The notes below the pieces were generated by a model. It saw only the letters and a list, made by a program, of their open reading frames with translations. It ran no database searches and was not told the origin of the DNA. DNA of 64,000 bases from Squalus acanthias (lineage: Eukaryota): positions 3,906,001 to 3,970,000 of the forward strand of contig JASTWF010000034.1 in NCBI GenBank assembly GCA_030390025.1, written 5' to 3'. Below, piece after piece: positions 13,140 through 24,215 of this stretch. Every line of letters begins with the position of its first letter. Position 1 is the stretch's first letter. A program made the position numbers and the translations under genes.

Positions 13140-13545
13140 GGATACGGTAGCATAGTGGTTATGTTGCTGGACTAGTAAACCAGATCACTCGACAAATGAT
13201 CCAGAGACATGTGCTCAAATCCCACCAGCTGCGGGAATTTAAATTTCATTAATTAAACAAATCTGGAATGAAAAGCTAGTGTCAATAATGGTGATCCATG
13301 AAAGTACCAGATTGTCGTAAAAACCCACCTGGTTCACTTATGGCCTTTCCGGAAGGAAATCTGCCACTCTTACCTGCTCCGGTTGAAATGTGATTCCAGA
13401 CCCACTGCAATGTGGTTAACTCTGAAATGGCCCAGAAGACACTCGCTTGTCTCAGGCGGCTCACCACCACCTGCTCAAGGGCAATTAGTGATGGGCAATA
13501 AATGCTGGCCTTGTCAGCGACGCCCACATTCCAAGAATTAGTTAT
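13140..13545 (+). mobile_element. tRNA-derived SINE with LINE-shared 3' tail
   Basis: Pol III A-box-like TAGCATAGTGG (~13148) and B-box-like GCTCAAATCC (~13212); the 3' ~90 bp match the LINE end at 20190-20280. Confidence 0.7.
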
Positions 13546-13844
13546 AAAAATGATTTATTAAGTGTCATAATGATTGAAAAAGCGTCATAATGTTTTATTA
13601 ATGGTCATAATGATTTATAAAGTGTTATAAAAGATCTGTAAAGTGGTGTAATGATTTTAAAGTGTTATAATGACTAATAAAGACCTGGTGCCGGGCCATC
13701 TCCTCCCCGGACTGGGCTGCTCGGGGTCCTGTGGGCCGTGCCGGGCCAGGCTGTTCCACCTCGCCGTCTGCTCTCACAGTAACCGGGACTCCAACTGCTC
13801 CCGCCATCCGGACACTCGCCTCCCGCCGCCAGGGAAAGACCCCG

Positions 13845-14200
13845 AGTGACTGCCGCAATCCTTGTGCGGGGCGCCACAGCCGCCATCTTTGTGCGGGGCC
13901 CCAGAGCCGCCATCTTTGTGCGGGGCCCCGGAGCCGCCATCTTTGTGCAGGGCCCCAGAGCCACCATCTCTGTGCGGGGCCCCAGAGCCTCCATCTTTGT
14001 GCGGGGTCCCGGAGCCGCCATCTTTGTGCGGGGCCCCAGAGCCGCCATCTCTGTGCGGGGCCCCAGAGCCACCATCTGTGTGCGAGGCCCCAGCGCCGCC
14101 ATCTCTGTGCTGGGCCCCGGAGCCACCATCTCTGTGCGGGGCCCCAGAGCCACCATCTCTGTGCGGGGCTTCGGAGCCGCCATCTTTGTGCGGGGGCCCA
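13845..14200. repeat. 27-bp GC/CpG-rich minisatellite (GCCGCCATCTTTGTGCGGGGCCCCAGA), about 13 copies
   Basis: 9-aa periodic ORFs in several frames; direct periodicity. Confidence 0.93.
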
Positions 14201-14255
14201 CATTATCAGGCCCAGGGAACTGTCAACTCTCAGGCTGCAAAGTCTCCGCTTCTTC

Positions 14256-15157
14256 TCATCCTTTAATTAATTTTACAATCAGAGTAAAGGGATATTTCCC
14301 CACATTCTTCAACTGCTCTCTAAACTTAGTCTGGGTCACGGCATAAATCCCAGTGTTTGTGCAGCAACTCAGCAGCTGAAGCCCGAATCCCAGTTCCATT
14401 ACATAATACGGTAGAAATACAGACTGATACCCCAAATACCACATCCGGCTCCATATAGAATACACCATAAACACTGCCCATAACAAGATGAAATTGCCAG
14501 AGATAACGAGCAGTAAAATGATGGATTTCCTGCGGCTCTCCATCTCTGGGTCTCTGGGACTCGCCCCACTGCTGGGACCCCGGAGTCTCCTGCGGGCTCT
14601 GCTGGCCACTAAAATGTGTCTGACGGTGACAGCATTGAGCAGCAGAATCACCACAAATGGGACACACGGGGTGAGAATATAATGAAGGAGCTCGATTGTT
14701 GTCCAGACCCGTGAATTCTGAACATCCATTGTGACATCACAAAACCAGGGCTCGTTCACAAACCAATACCGACCTGTGAACATAAAATACCAGAAGATGT
14801 TCTTTAAACCGCTCAGCACAGTCACTGTTCCCAGAACCACAGCCGCCGTTTTCTCGGTGCAATATTTAGTTTTCAGCTTCTGGCAACAAATGGCCACAAA
14901 TCGATCAAAGGTGAAAGTGACGGTGAACCAGACAGAACAGTCTGTGGCTGCGAACAGCAGGACGGCGTGGATATTACACACGGGGATAGACTGCACGAAA
15001 TCCAACTGTTCATCATAAACAATCGGAATGTGCCTCAATATCAGGTCGAGGATAACGACCAGTAGATCCGCCGCTGCCATGGCCACCAGGTAGCGAGTGA
15101 CACATTTGGAGAGACCGCACTTTCCCCGAGACAGGATCACAATCGTCACTAAGTTCA
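14256..15157 (-). CDS. GPR139-like: Class A GPCR, GPR139/GPR142-like, exon 2 (end of TM1 to TM7 and stop)
   Basis: Open 300-codon frame: NLVTIVILS, YLVAMAAADLLV (TM2), TM3 Cys, FTFDRFVAIC (DRY equivalent), CCTNTGIY (NPxxY variant), KFRE helix 8. Acceptor TTTATTTCCCTTCCTCACAG|TG at 15158/15157, phase 1. A paralogue-type match, not necessarily the true GPR139 orthologue. Confidence 0.92.
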
Positions 15158-16470
15158 CTGTGAGGAAGGGAAATAAACAGGGAAATTATTCATCAGGCTG
15201 GGAGCAAAAGCAGCAGTTTGATGGAATTCGGGGTGAAATCTGCAACTCACGAGCGACATTGAATGATATAATCTAATCCCATTACCTGTGGAGCTGAATA
15301 CAGGGCTTATTGTAAGAATAATCGGGAATACATTGTGGAATCAGTAACTGAAATGGGAATAAATACAATATCAAAGTAACAGATGTTTGATCAAGGAGAG
15401 ATTAAATGATCGATCTACATTTAGCCCAGCAGACAAAAGCACCGCCCGAGGTACCAGGGACACAAAGGACCAAACCCTCTCAGGAAGCCTTCGTGTCCCG
15501 GGATCAGTTAGCATTTGGAGCGGTGCAGTTCGCTTCTGTGCCCGTGTTAGGGAGGGAGAAATCCCGCTTGGATTCCAGCTCCTGGTTAGAATATCCATTC
15601 TATTTAGAACTGGGAAATGAATGCAACAGCAAAATACAGAAACTGCAACCTTGGCATGCAATAATTACAGGCAATTGTATGTAAAATGTACGGATGTAAT
15701 ACGACAATGCTAAGATAATAAATACAAGTGCACTGCAGTTATAAAGATAACTGGGCTATCAGATATATTTTGGAGATTGAGTTTACTGCATTTTTGTTGA
15801 AATACACAAATTCTAGCTCATTGAAAGGAAGATTTGCCCAGTAACATTGCAAATAATGGATTCTGAATTAAAGTAAATAGTGATGATTGACCAGGTAATG
15901 TCCCACTAAATGCATTTATCAGCATCGAAATCAGGCAAATTATCCCACAGGCAAAGTGCCGCCGAATGCTGTTGTGAAGTATCTGAACACAAATGGAAGA
16001 GATTTATCCTTGAACTTTTCAACTGTTGTTTCCAACTTGTGCAGAAAATAATATTAGACGAGAAGATATCAAAGGATTTTCTTATCCTCAGTACTTCAGT
16101 TACAATCAGCTGGGATTGTTTATCCTGAAGTGCAGCAGGAGGCAATAGATAATCACTCTGGGTCCCACTGAGCGATCCACTGTACTGTGACAGACGGGCA
16201 TGGCATCCAATTGTAAATCCAAAACAATGCTCAGAAAGAAATGTATTGAAATCTGGCTGAATGCACGTTTTGAGAGCATGTAAATTATCCTTGTAATCCT
16301 ACTTTAACCATCAGAAGCAGTGCCAATAATGCAGAACTGGAGAGGGTGGGAAAGGAGACACTGACTGGAACTGAATGATTGGCGGATATTTGAGACATTT
16401 AAAGATGTGGATGTGATCTGACAGGATTTGTTCGTGTAACTCTGTAAGTAACCATACCAAGCATTAGGTG

Positions 16471-16606
16471 AAAAGAAACACAAAATACTGCGGATACTGG
16501 AAATCTGAAATGAAAACAGAAAATGTTGGAAATACTCAGCGGGTCAGGCAGCATCTGTGGAGAGAGAGAGAAACAGAGTTAACGTTTCAGGTCGATGGCC
16601 TTTCGC
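16471..16606 (-). mobile_element. Penelope-like terminal repeat fragment
   Basis: Same family as 2498-2660; ends within the hammerhead-like core (GAAAGGCCATCGACCTGAAACGTTAAC on minus). Confidence 0.6.
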
Positions 16607-17317
16607 CATTAGGTGAAAAGTCTCCTAAACCAAGACAGCATTCTTCTGACCTGATACTAATGTCCAGTGTAGGTAGCAGACTGAAATTCGTTCAATAAAG
16701 AGTCAACTCTAATAAATTTACTTGAGTTGAACATTTGAATCTTGGTAACACGAATTCACCTTCAGAATCAATAGCTGACAGCAGCGCGGATGGGATGGGG
16801 AACGACAGAGAGAGAAACACAGATAATCATGGGGGGGAAAATCGGTTGGTTAGCACCTCCCCTGTGCACATTCGGGGGGGAAGGGGGAACGGGGCGATAG
16901 GAGCTTAGCGCCCAAGCGCTGCTATTTTAGCGCCGCTCACGAAATTGACCAGTCATTTTGCGCTGGCACTAAACACTGCCGCCACGATCTCCTGCGCCTG
17001 CAGATCGTGACAGCAGTCGAGCGTGCAATGCCCTGGTAGCGCCCCGGACTGAAAATTGAGTCGCGTGCCCTGCCTTAGCCCCTGCCGCTAGGAACGACAC
17101 GTAGATGGGGAATGTTTTCAAGTCAGGAAGGGGCTGGGGGAGCGCTATTTAAAGGCGGTTGCCTCCTGCCGTTTCTTGTCGGCGAAATTTTTGTTACACA
17201 CAGGTTGAGAGACGTCGAGAGAGATTCGACGCTCACCGAAGGAGTTTTGGGTCCTGAGCACCAATTTGGAGGTTCATTTTTATTTCACCTTCCTTCTAAC
17301 GATATTAATAAGCTTCG

Positions 17318-17872
17318 ATGGGGGCTGCACTAACTTGGGGCGTCATCGTCCAGCTTCACCTTCGGAGGCAGCAGAGGCACAGAGAGAGAGTGAGTGGCAA
17401 ACGCGACCAGAGGTTGTGTGACCACAGACAGCTCATACTCGCCGTTAATGCCCGGTATCCTGGCAGCAGCCACAATGCTTTTATTCTGCGCCAGTCCGGT
17501 GTTGCACACATCTTCCAACCACCGTGTCAACCTAGTGGATGGCTCCTCGGAGACAAGGGTTATCCACTCTTCACCTGGCTGATGACACCGATCCATAACC
17601 CCAACACCCCTGCCGAACTGCAATACAATGAGAGCCATAGCGCCACCAGGAACATGATAGAGCAGGCGTTCGGCGTCGTGAAACAACGGTTCCGCTTTCT
17701 AGATCACTCAGGAGGAGCCCTGCAATACACTCCCGAGCGAGTCTCCCTCTTGATTGTTGTGTGCTGCATGCTTTATAACATTGCAATCATGAGGACCCAA
17801 CCATTGCCACCAGGGATTGGTGCACCACCTGAGGAGGAGGAGGAAGAGGGAGAGGAGAAGGAGGATGAGTAG
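17318..17872 (+). pseudogene. Harbinger (HARBI1-like, DDE_Tnp_4) transposase, internally deleted
   Basis: CDH..ILAVNARYPGSSHNAFIL, WLLGDKGYPL..WLMTP, YNESHSATRNMIEQAFGVVKQRFRFLD, CCMLYNIA; the N-terminal HTH and first catalytic Asp region are absent. Confidence 0.88.
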
Positions 17873-18217
17873 CAGGAGGGTGAAGAGGAGGATCAGCAGC
17901 ACCAACGTGGGAGGGAGGCGCACAATGTTGCCACTGAAAGGGCCGTCCGTGAACGGCTCATAAGACACCGATTCTAACCCCTTACTGAGAAGATGGCTTC
18001 TGTGATGAAGAAGCTCATCATTGAAAGCATCCCGCACCCCCTATTGCTGGACAAAGCTGCAACGAGTCAAATCAGAAAAGATGTAAAGTAACAATTAAAA
18101 AAATGAGTTGTTACCAACTCTGTGTCATTTATTCAGGACAAACAAATTGAAGCAAACACAACAATTCATGAATTAACAAAACTCGTTCTCACAACATGGA
18201 GATGAGCGGCAAAACTG

Positions 18218-20172
18218 TCAACACATAGTTGAATATCCATTACTGTGTGCAGCCATGTGTTTGGCAGAGGTGCCTACCATAGTTGAATATCCGTTATTGT
18301 GTGCAGACATGTGTTTGGCAGCGGTGCCTACCATAGTTGAATTGCCATTACTGTGTGCAGACATGTGTATGGCAGAGGTGCCTTTCATAGTTGAATAGCC
18401 ATTACTGTGTGCAGCCAAGTGTTTGGCAGAGGTGCCTTTCATAGTTGAATAGCCATTACTGTGTGCAGCCATGTGTTTGGCAGAGGTGCCTACCATAGTT
18501 GAATAGCCATGACTGTGTGCAGACATGTATTTGGCAGAGGTGCCTTTCATAGTTGAATAGCCATTACTGTGTGCAGCCATGCATTTGGCAGAGGTGCCTA
18601 CCATAGTTGAATAGCCATTACTTTGTGCAGACATGTGTTTGGCAGAGGTGCCGAACAGAGTTGAATATCCGTTATTGTTTGCAGCCATGTGTTTGGCAGA
18701 GGTGCCTACCATAGTTGAATAGCCATTACTGTGTGCAGCCAAGTGTTTGGCAGAGGTGCCTTTCATAGTTGAATAGCCATTACTGTGTGCAGCCTTGCGT
18801 TTGGCAGAGGTGCCTACCATAGTTGAATAGCCATTACTGTGTGCAGACATGTGTTTGTCAGAGGTGCCTAACATAGTTGAATATCCGTTATTGTGTGCAG
18901 CCACGTGTTTGGCAGAGGTGCCGACCATAGTTGAACAGCCATTACTGTGTGCAGACATGTGTTTGGCAGAGGTGCCTACCATAGTTGAATAGCCATTACT
19001 GTGTGCAGACATGTGTTTGGCAGAGGTGCCTACCATAGTTGAATAGCCATTACTGTGTGCAGCCATGTGTTTCGCAGAGGTGCCTTTCATAGTTGAATAG
19101 CCATTACTGTTTGCAGCTATGCGTTTGGTAGATATGCCTATCATAGTTGAATAGCCATTACTGTGTGCAGCCATGTGTTTGGCAGAGGTGCCTACCATAG
19201 TTGAATAGCCATTACTGTGTGCAGACATGTGTTTGGCAGAGGTGCCGAACAGAGTTGAATATCCGTTATTGTTTGCAGCCATGTGTTTGGCAGAGGTGCC
19301 TACCATAGTTGAATAGCCATTACTGTGTGCAGCCAAGTGTTTGGCAGAGGTGCCTTTCATAGTTGAATAGCCATTACTGTGTGCAGCCTTGCGTTTGGCA
19401 GAGGTGCCTACCATAGTTGAATAGCCATTACTGTGTGCAGACATGTGTTTGTCAGAGGTGCCTAACATAGTTGAATATCCGTTATTGTGTGCAGCCACGT
19501 GTTTGGCAGAGGTGCCGACCATAGTTGAACAGCCATTACTGTGTGCAGACATGTGTTTGGCAGAGGTGCCTACCATAGTTGAATAGCCATTACTGTGTGC
19601 AGACATGTGTTTGGCAGAGGTGCCTACCATAGTTGAATAGCCATTACTGTGTGCAGCCATGTGTTTCGCAGAGGTGCCTTTCATAGTTGAATAGCCATTA
19701 CTGTTTGCAGCTATGCGTTTGGTAGATATGCCTATCATAGTTGAATAGCCATTACTGTGTGCAGCCATGTGTTTGGCAGAGGTGCCTACCATAGTTGAAT
19801 AGCCATTACTGTGTGCAGACATGTTTTTGGCAGAGGTGCCTTTCATCGTCGAATAGCCATTACTGTGTGCAGCTATGCGTTTGGCAGATAGTTCTATTAT
19901 AGTTGAATAGCCATTACTGTGTGCAGCTGTGCGTTTGGCAGATATGCCTATCATAGTTGAATAGCCATTACTGTGTGCAGCCATGTATATGGCAGATGTG
20001 CCTATCATAGTTCAATAGCCATTACTGTGTGCAACCATGTGTTTTGCAGATGTACCTATCATAGTTGAATAGCCATTACTGTGTGCAGACATGTGTTTGG
20101 CAGATGTGCCTACCACAGCTGAATAGCCGTTATTGTGTGCAGCCATGTGTCTGGCAGATGTGCCTCCCATAG
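18218..20172. repeat. 54-bp tandem array (about 36 copies) with a 594-bp (11-mer) higher-order duplication
   Basis: 18-aa periodic ORF MVGTSAKHMAAHSNGYST; rare variants recur at +594 (CCGAACAGAG at 18651 and 19245). Confidence 0.95.
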
Positions 20173-20184
20173 TATATTTTTATT

Positions 20185-20520
20185 CATTTATGGGATGTGG
20201 GCTTCCGCTGGCATGGCTAGCATTTATTGCCCATCCCTAGTTGCCCTTGAGAAGGTGGTGGTGAGCTGCCTTCTTGAACCGTGTGGTGAAGGTACTCCCA
20301 CATTGCTGTTAAGTAGGGAGTTACAGGATTTTGACCCAGCGATGATGAAGGATCTGCGATATACTTCTAAGTCAGGATGGTGTGTGACTTGGAGGGGAAC
20401 TTGGAGGTGGTGGTGTTCCCATGCGACTGCCCTTGTCCTTCTAGGTGGAAGAGTTCGCGGGTTTGGGAGGTGCTGCCGAAGAAGCCTTGGTGAGTTGCTG
20501 TAGTGTATCTTGTTGAATAG
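20185..20520 (-). mobile_element. LINE 3' end (GGGCAATAAATGC-tail family)
   Basis: Homologous to 12950-13135 and to the SINE tail at 13455-13530. Confidence 0.7.
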
Positions 20521-20674
20521 CGGTTAATGTGTGCAAGGTGTGGGATGTGGATGTGTGTTTTATGAAATGGCCATAGGTTTGAATGAGTGTTGGGCATTTG
20601 GGTTTGTAAACCCTCTGGGCACAGAGTGAAGTTGAGATGGAGGGATGTAGAGGTTTGGAAAAGCAGGTACTCAC

Positions 20675-20898
20675 CCTGACCACCCGAGTGAGCTCGTTCA
20701 ACTTCATCTGACATTGGGTGTGGGTTCTCGGCACCAGGCCCCTCGGGGTGATGTGCTGAGTTACCTCCCTCCACACTCTTCTAAACTCCCGGGGCAATGG
20801 CCTCCTGCACCTCACAGGGAACAACGTTCCACAGCGCCAACCAGAGCCACCAAAGCCTCGTCGCTCAAGCCCCTAGCTCTTTCTCTGGGCCTCTCCAT
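20675..20898 (-). pseudogene. Harbinger accessory Myb/SANT-like DNA-binding gene, first exon, frameshifted
   Basis: MERPRERARGLSDEALVALVGAVER / LFP..RRPLPREFRRVWREVTQHI....VPRTHTQCQMKLNELTRVVR then donor AGG|GTGAGT; W...RT..QC..K.N.L pattern of trihelix Myb/SANT domains. Confidence 0.75.
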
Positions 20899-20932
20899 TT
20901 TTTTGAATTAATAACTGGACATAGATCCTTAC

Positions 20933-21022
20933 TAGAACGCCGACAGCAGTGAGGAGGGGATAGTACATATTTTGTACATCATAACATATTCCTAATATCC
21001 TAAACACTTCACCCCAATCCAT
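20933..21022 (-). pseudogene. Proximal paralogous GPCR first exon (MDWGEVFRILGICYDVQNMYYPLLTAVGVL), phase-0 donor
   Basis: YYPLLTAVGV matches distal exon 1 YYPLLAAVGV; 90 nt to |GTAAGG, so joining exon 2 gives CTA-TGA (stop). Confidence 0.65.
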
Positions 21023-21084
21023 GCCTTCCCTTCTGTGAGTGTCTGGTGGTCTTTGTGCTGGGGGCAGCGCGCTGACTGTGTGAG

Positions 21085-21205
21085 GTGACACAGTGAAGGG
21101 ATCCCTTATTTAGAGCAGAGGGAAATCCCCGCGTGACATCATTAGGCCTCACTGTAACTGGCATTAATTACAGTCATTGAACAAACAGACTCATTGAACC
21201 ATTGT
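21085..21205 (-). promoter_or_regulatory. Putative promoter of proximal GPCR exon 1
   Basis: CTAAATAAGGG TATA-like (minus strand), GGGAAATCCC, CATTAATTACAGTCA, AACAAACA, colinear with 30915-31020. Confidence 0.5.
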
Positions 21206-21219
21206 CACCACAACACTTT

Positions 21220-22155
21220 ACTCAACTACCTCCTCTTTCACTATGACTTTGGCAGCAGCTTCTTCCTTGCTAAAGACAGATGCAAAGTATTCATTTACTA
21301 TCTCAGCCATGCCCTCTGCCTCCATTCGTAGGTCTCCTTTTTGGCCCTTAATCGGCCCCACCCCTCCTCTTACTGCCCGTTTAATATTTATATGCCAAAA
21401 GAAGACTTTTGGATTCCATTTTATGTTAGCTGACAATCTATTCTAATACTCTCTCTTTGCCCCTCTTATTTCCTTTTTCACTTCCTCTTTGAACTTCCTA
21501 TATTCAGCCTGGTTCTCACTTGTATTCTGAACTTGATATCTGTCATACGCCCCATTTCTCTGCTTCCTCTTACTCTCCATCTTCCACTATCTCTTTCGTC
21601 ATCCAGGGAGCTCTGGCTTTGGTTGCCTACCTTTCCCCCTCGTGGGAAAGTACCTCGATTGTACCTGAATCATCTCTTCTTTAAGGCAGACCATTGTTCG
21701 ATTACAGTTTTGCCTGCCAATCTTTGATTCCTTTTACCCAAGCCAGCTCCGTTCTCAACCCACTGAAATTGGCCCTCCCCTAATTAAGTATTTTTACTCT
21801 AGATTGCTCCTCGTCCTTTTCCATAGCTAATATAAACCTCATGATACTACGATCACCGTTCTCTGAATGCTCCCTTACTGAAATCTTCTCCACTTCAGCT
21901 ACCTCATTCCCCAGAACCAGATCCAGCAATGCCTCCTTCCTCTTTGGGCCAGAAATGCCCCAATCAAGAAAGTTCTCTTGAACTCACTAAGGAAATTCTT
22001 TCCCCTCTCTTCCCTTTATACGATTACTATCTCAGTCTATATTAGGATAACTGAAGTCCCCCATTATTACCACTCTATATTTCTTCCACCTCTCTGCAAT
22101 TTCCCTGCAAATTTGCTCCTCTATTTCCTTCCCACTAGTTGGTGGCCTATAGAAG
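21220..22155 (-). mobile_element. CR1 LINE ORF2 fragment (endonuclease end to tether), decayed
   Basis: NIKWNPKVFF..GPIK..EYFASVF. Confidence 0.85.
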
Positions 22156-22169
22156 CGTTTTACAGCCAA

Positions 22170-22445
22170 TGATTCTGCCATTCCCATTGGGAACATTTAA
22201 CCTCTCCTGCCTTCCACCCTATCACAGACCATCTCTTTTGATCATTCCTCCCCCCGCCTTTCCCTGCCCCTACACCTGCTTATAATCTGTTACATCTCTA
22301 AATTTTTCCAGTTATGTCGAAGGGTCACAGACCTGAAATGCTAACTCTGTTTCTCTCTCCACGGATGCTGCCTGACCTGCTGAGTGTTTCCAGCATTTTC
22401 TGTTGTTATTTCAGATTTCCAGCATCCGCAGTATTTTGCTATTGT
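22170..22445 (+). mobile_element. Penelope-like terminal repeat fragment (longest copy)
   Basis: Homologous to 2498-2660; degenerate hammerhead core at ~22314-22342. Confidence 0.6.
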
Positions 22446-22461
22446 AAGGTCTAAGATAAAA

Positions 22462-22896
22462 GAGAAAGAAAGACTTTCACGACCACCGGACGTCTCGAAG
22501 CGTTTTACAGCCAATGAATACTTTTGGAGTGTCGTCACTGTTGTCAGGTGAGAAACGCGGCAGCCAATTTGCGCACAGCAAGCTCCCACAAACAGCAATG
22601 TGATAATGACCAGATTAATAGTTTTTGTTATGTTGATTGAGCGATAATTATTGGCCAGGACACCAGGGATAACTTCACTACTCTTCATCGAACTGGTGCA
22701 ACGCGATCTTTTACGTCCACCTGAGAGAGCAGTTTAACATCTCATCCGAAAGACGTCACCTCCAACAGTGCAGCACTCCCTCAGTACTGCACGGGAGTGT
22801 CAGCCTAGATTTATGGGCTCAAGTCCCTGGAGCTTGGAACCCACAACCTCTGACTGAGAGGCGAGTGTGCTACCTACTGAGCCACAGCTGACACTG
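22462..22896 (-). mobile_element. DeuSINE (SacSINE1-like tRNA SINE with Deu domain and L2-type tail)
   Basis: A box TGGCTCAGTAGG, B-box-like GGGTTCCAAG, central GGATGAGATGTTAAAC..GTGGACGTAAAAGATC..GGTGTCCTGGCCAA, tail TGTAAAACGCTTCGAGACGTCC..GTGAAAG; family name recalled, not searched. Confidence 0.75.
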
Positions 22897-23213
22897 TCAG
22901 ATGGGTTTACAGTGCATGTGTGCAAACGCACGAAGCGTGGTCAATAAGTAGGTGAGCTGCAGGAGCAAATAGCCACATAGGAAAATGATGTTGTGGCGAT
23001 AACAGAGACCTGGCTCAAAAAGGGCAAGATTGGGTACTAAATATACCTGGATATAAGATGTTCGGGAAATATAGGGAAGGAAAGAAAGGAGGTGGATTAG
23101 CAATATTGATTAAGGAGAATATTAGTGCTGGAGAAAGAGGATGTCTTCGAGGGGTCAAGGGCAGAATCTATTTGGTTAGAGTTAAGAAAAAATAGAGGTA
23201 CCATTACACTGCT
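22897..23213 (+). mobile_element. CR1 endonuclease N-terminal fragment
   Basis: NARSVVNK..DVVAITETWL..GGGLAILIKE..ESIWLEL. Confidence 0.8.
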
Positions 23214-24215
23214 CCCGCATCAATCCAGAAATTTCATTCCCAGGCACAGCCTAGATTACACTGCTCCCACCTCAATCCAGGAATGTGATTCCCAGGGCTG
23301 CCTAGATTACACTGCTCCAGCCTCAGTAAAGAAATTTCATTCCCAGGACAGCCCAGATTACACTGATCCCACCTCAATCCAGGAATTTCATTCCCAGGAC
23401 AGCCTAGATTACACTGCTCCCACCTCAGTCCAGGAATTTCATTCCCAGGGCTGCCTAGATTAATTACACTGATCCCACCTCAATCCAGGAATTTCATTCC
23501 CAGGACAGCCTAGATTACACTGCTCCCGCCTCAATCCAGGAATTTCATTCCCAGGACAGCCTAGATTACACTGCTCCCACCTCATTCCAGGAATTTAATT
23601 CCCAGGACTGCCTAGATTACACTGCTCACAGCTCAAACCAGGAATTTCATTCCCAGGACAGCCTGGATTACACTGCTCCCACCTCTGTCCAGGAATTTCA
23701 TCCCCGGGACAGACTAGATTACACTGCTCCCGCCTCAGTCCAGGAATTTCATTCCCAGGACAGGCTAGATTACACTGCTCCCACCTCAATCCAGGAATTT
23801 CATTCCCAGGACAGGCTAGATTACACTGCTCCCACCTCAGTCCAGGAATTTCATTCCCAGGGCTGCCTAGATTACACTGCTCCCGCCTCAGTCCAGGAAT
23901 TTCATTCCCAGGACAGACTAGATTACACTGCTCCCGCCTCAGTCCAGGAATTTCATTCCCGGGACAGACTAGATTACACTGCTCCCACCTCAGTCCAGGA
24001 ATTTCATTCCCAGGACAGCCTAGATTACACTGCTCCCGCCTCAGTCCAGGAATTTCATTCCCAGGACAGACTAGATTACACTGCTCCCGCCTCAGTCCAG
24101 GAATTTCATTCCCGGGACAGACTAGATTACACTGCTCCCGCCTCAGTCCAGGAATTTCATTCCCAGGACAGCCTAGATTACACTGCTCCTGCCTCAATCC
24201 AGGAATGTCATTCTC
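23204..24215. repeat. 51-bp tandem array (CCAGGAATTTCATTCCCAGGACAGCCTAGATTACACTGCTCCCRCCTCART), about 20 copies
   Basis: 17-aa periodic ORF; direct periodicity. Confidence 0.95.

Larger units (their letters stand above)
16830..20905. mobile_element. Decayed PIF/Harbinger DNA transposon (convergent transposase and Myb/SANT genes)
   Basis: GC-rich subterminal block from ~16830, transposase remnant on +, Myb/SANT remnant on -; right TIR not found. Confidence 0.75.

Noticed and set aside
13140..13225. tRNA gene
   Set aside because: A/B boxes present but no cloverleaf; continues into SINE body and LINE-type tail (same for 22820-22896)
13625..14346. Overlapping Pro/Ala/Cys-rich ORFs in five frames
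   Set aside because: By-product of the 27-bp GC-rich array
17318..17872. Domesticated host gene HARBI1
   Set aside because: N-terminal half including the first catalytic Asp is deleted and it sits with a decayed Myb partner, consistent with a transposon remnant
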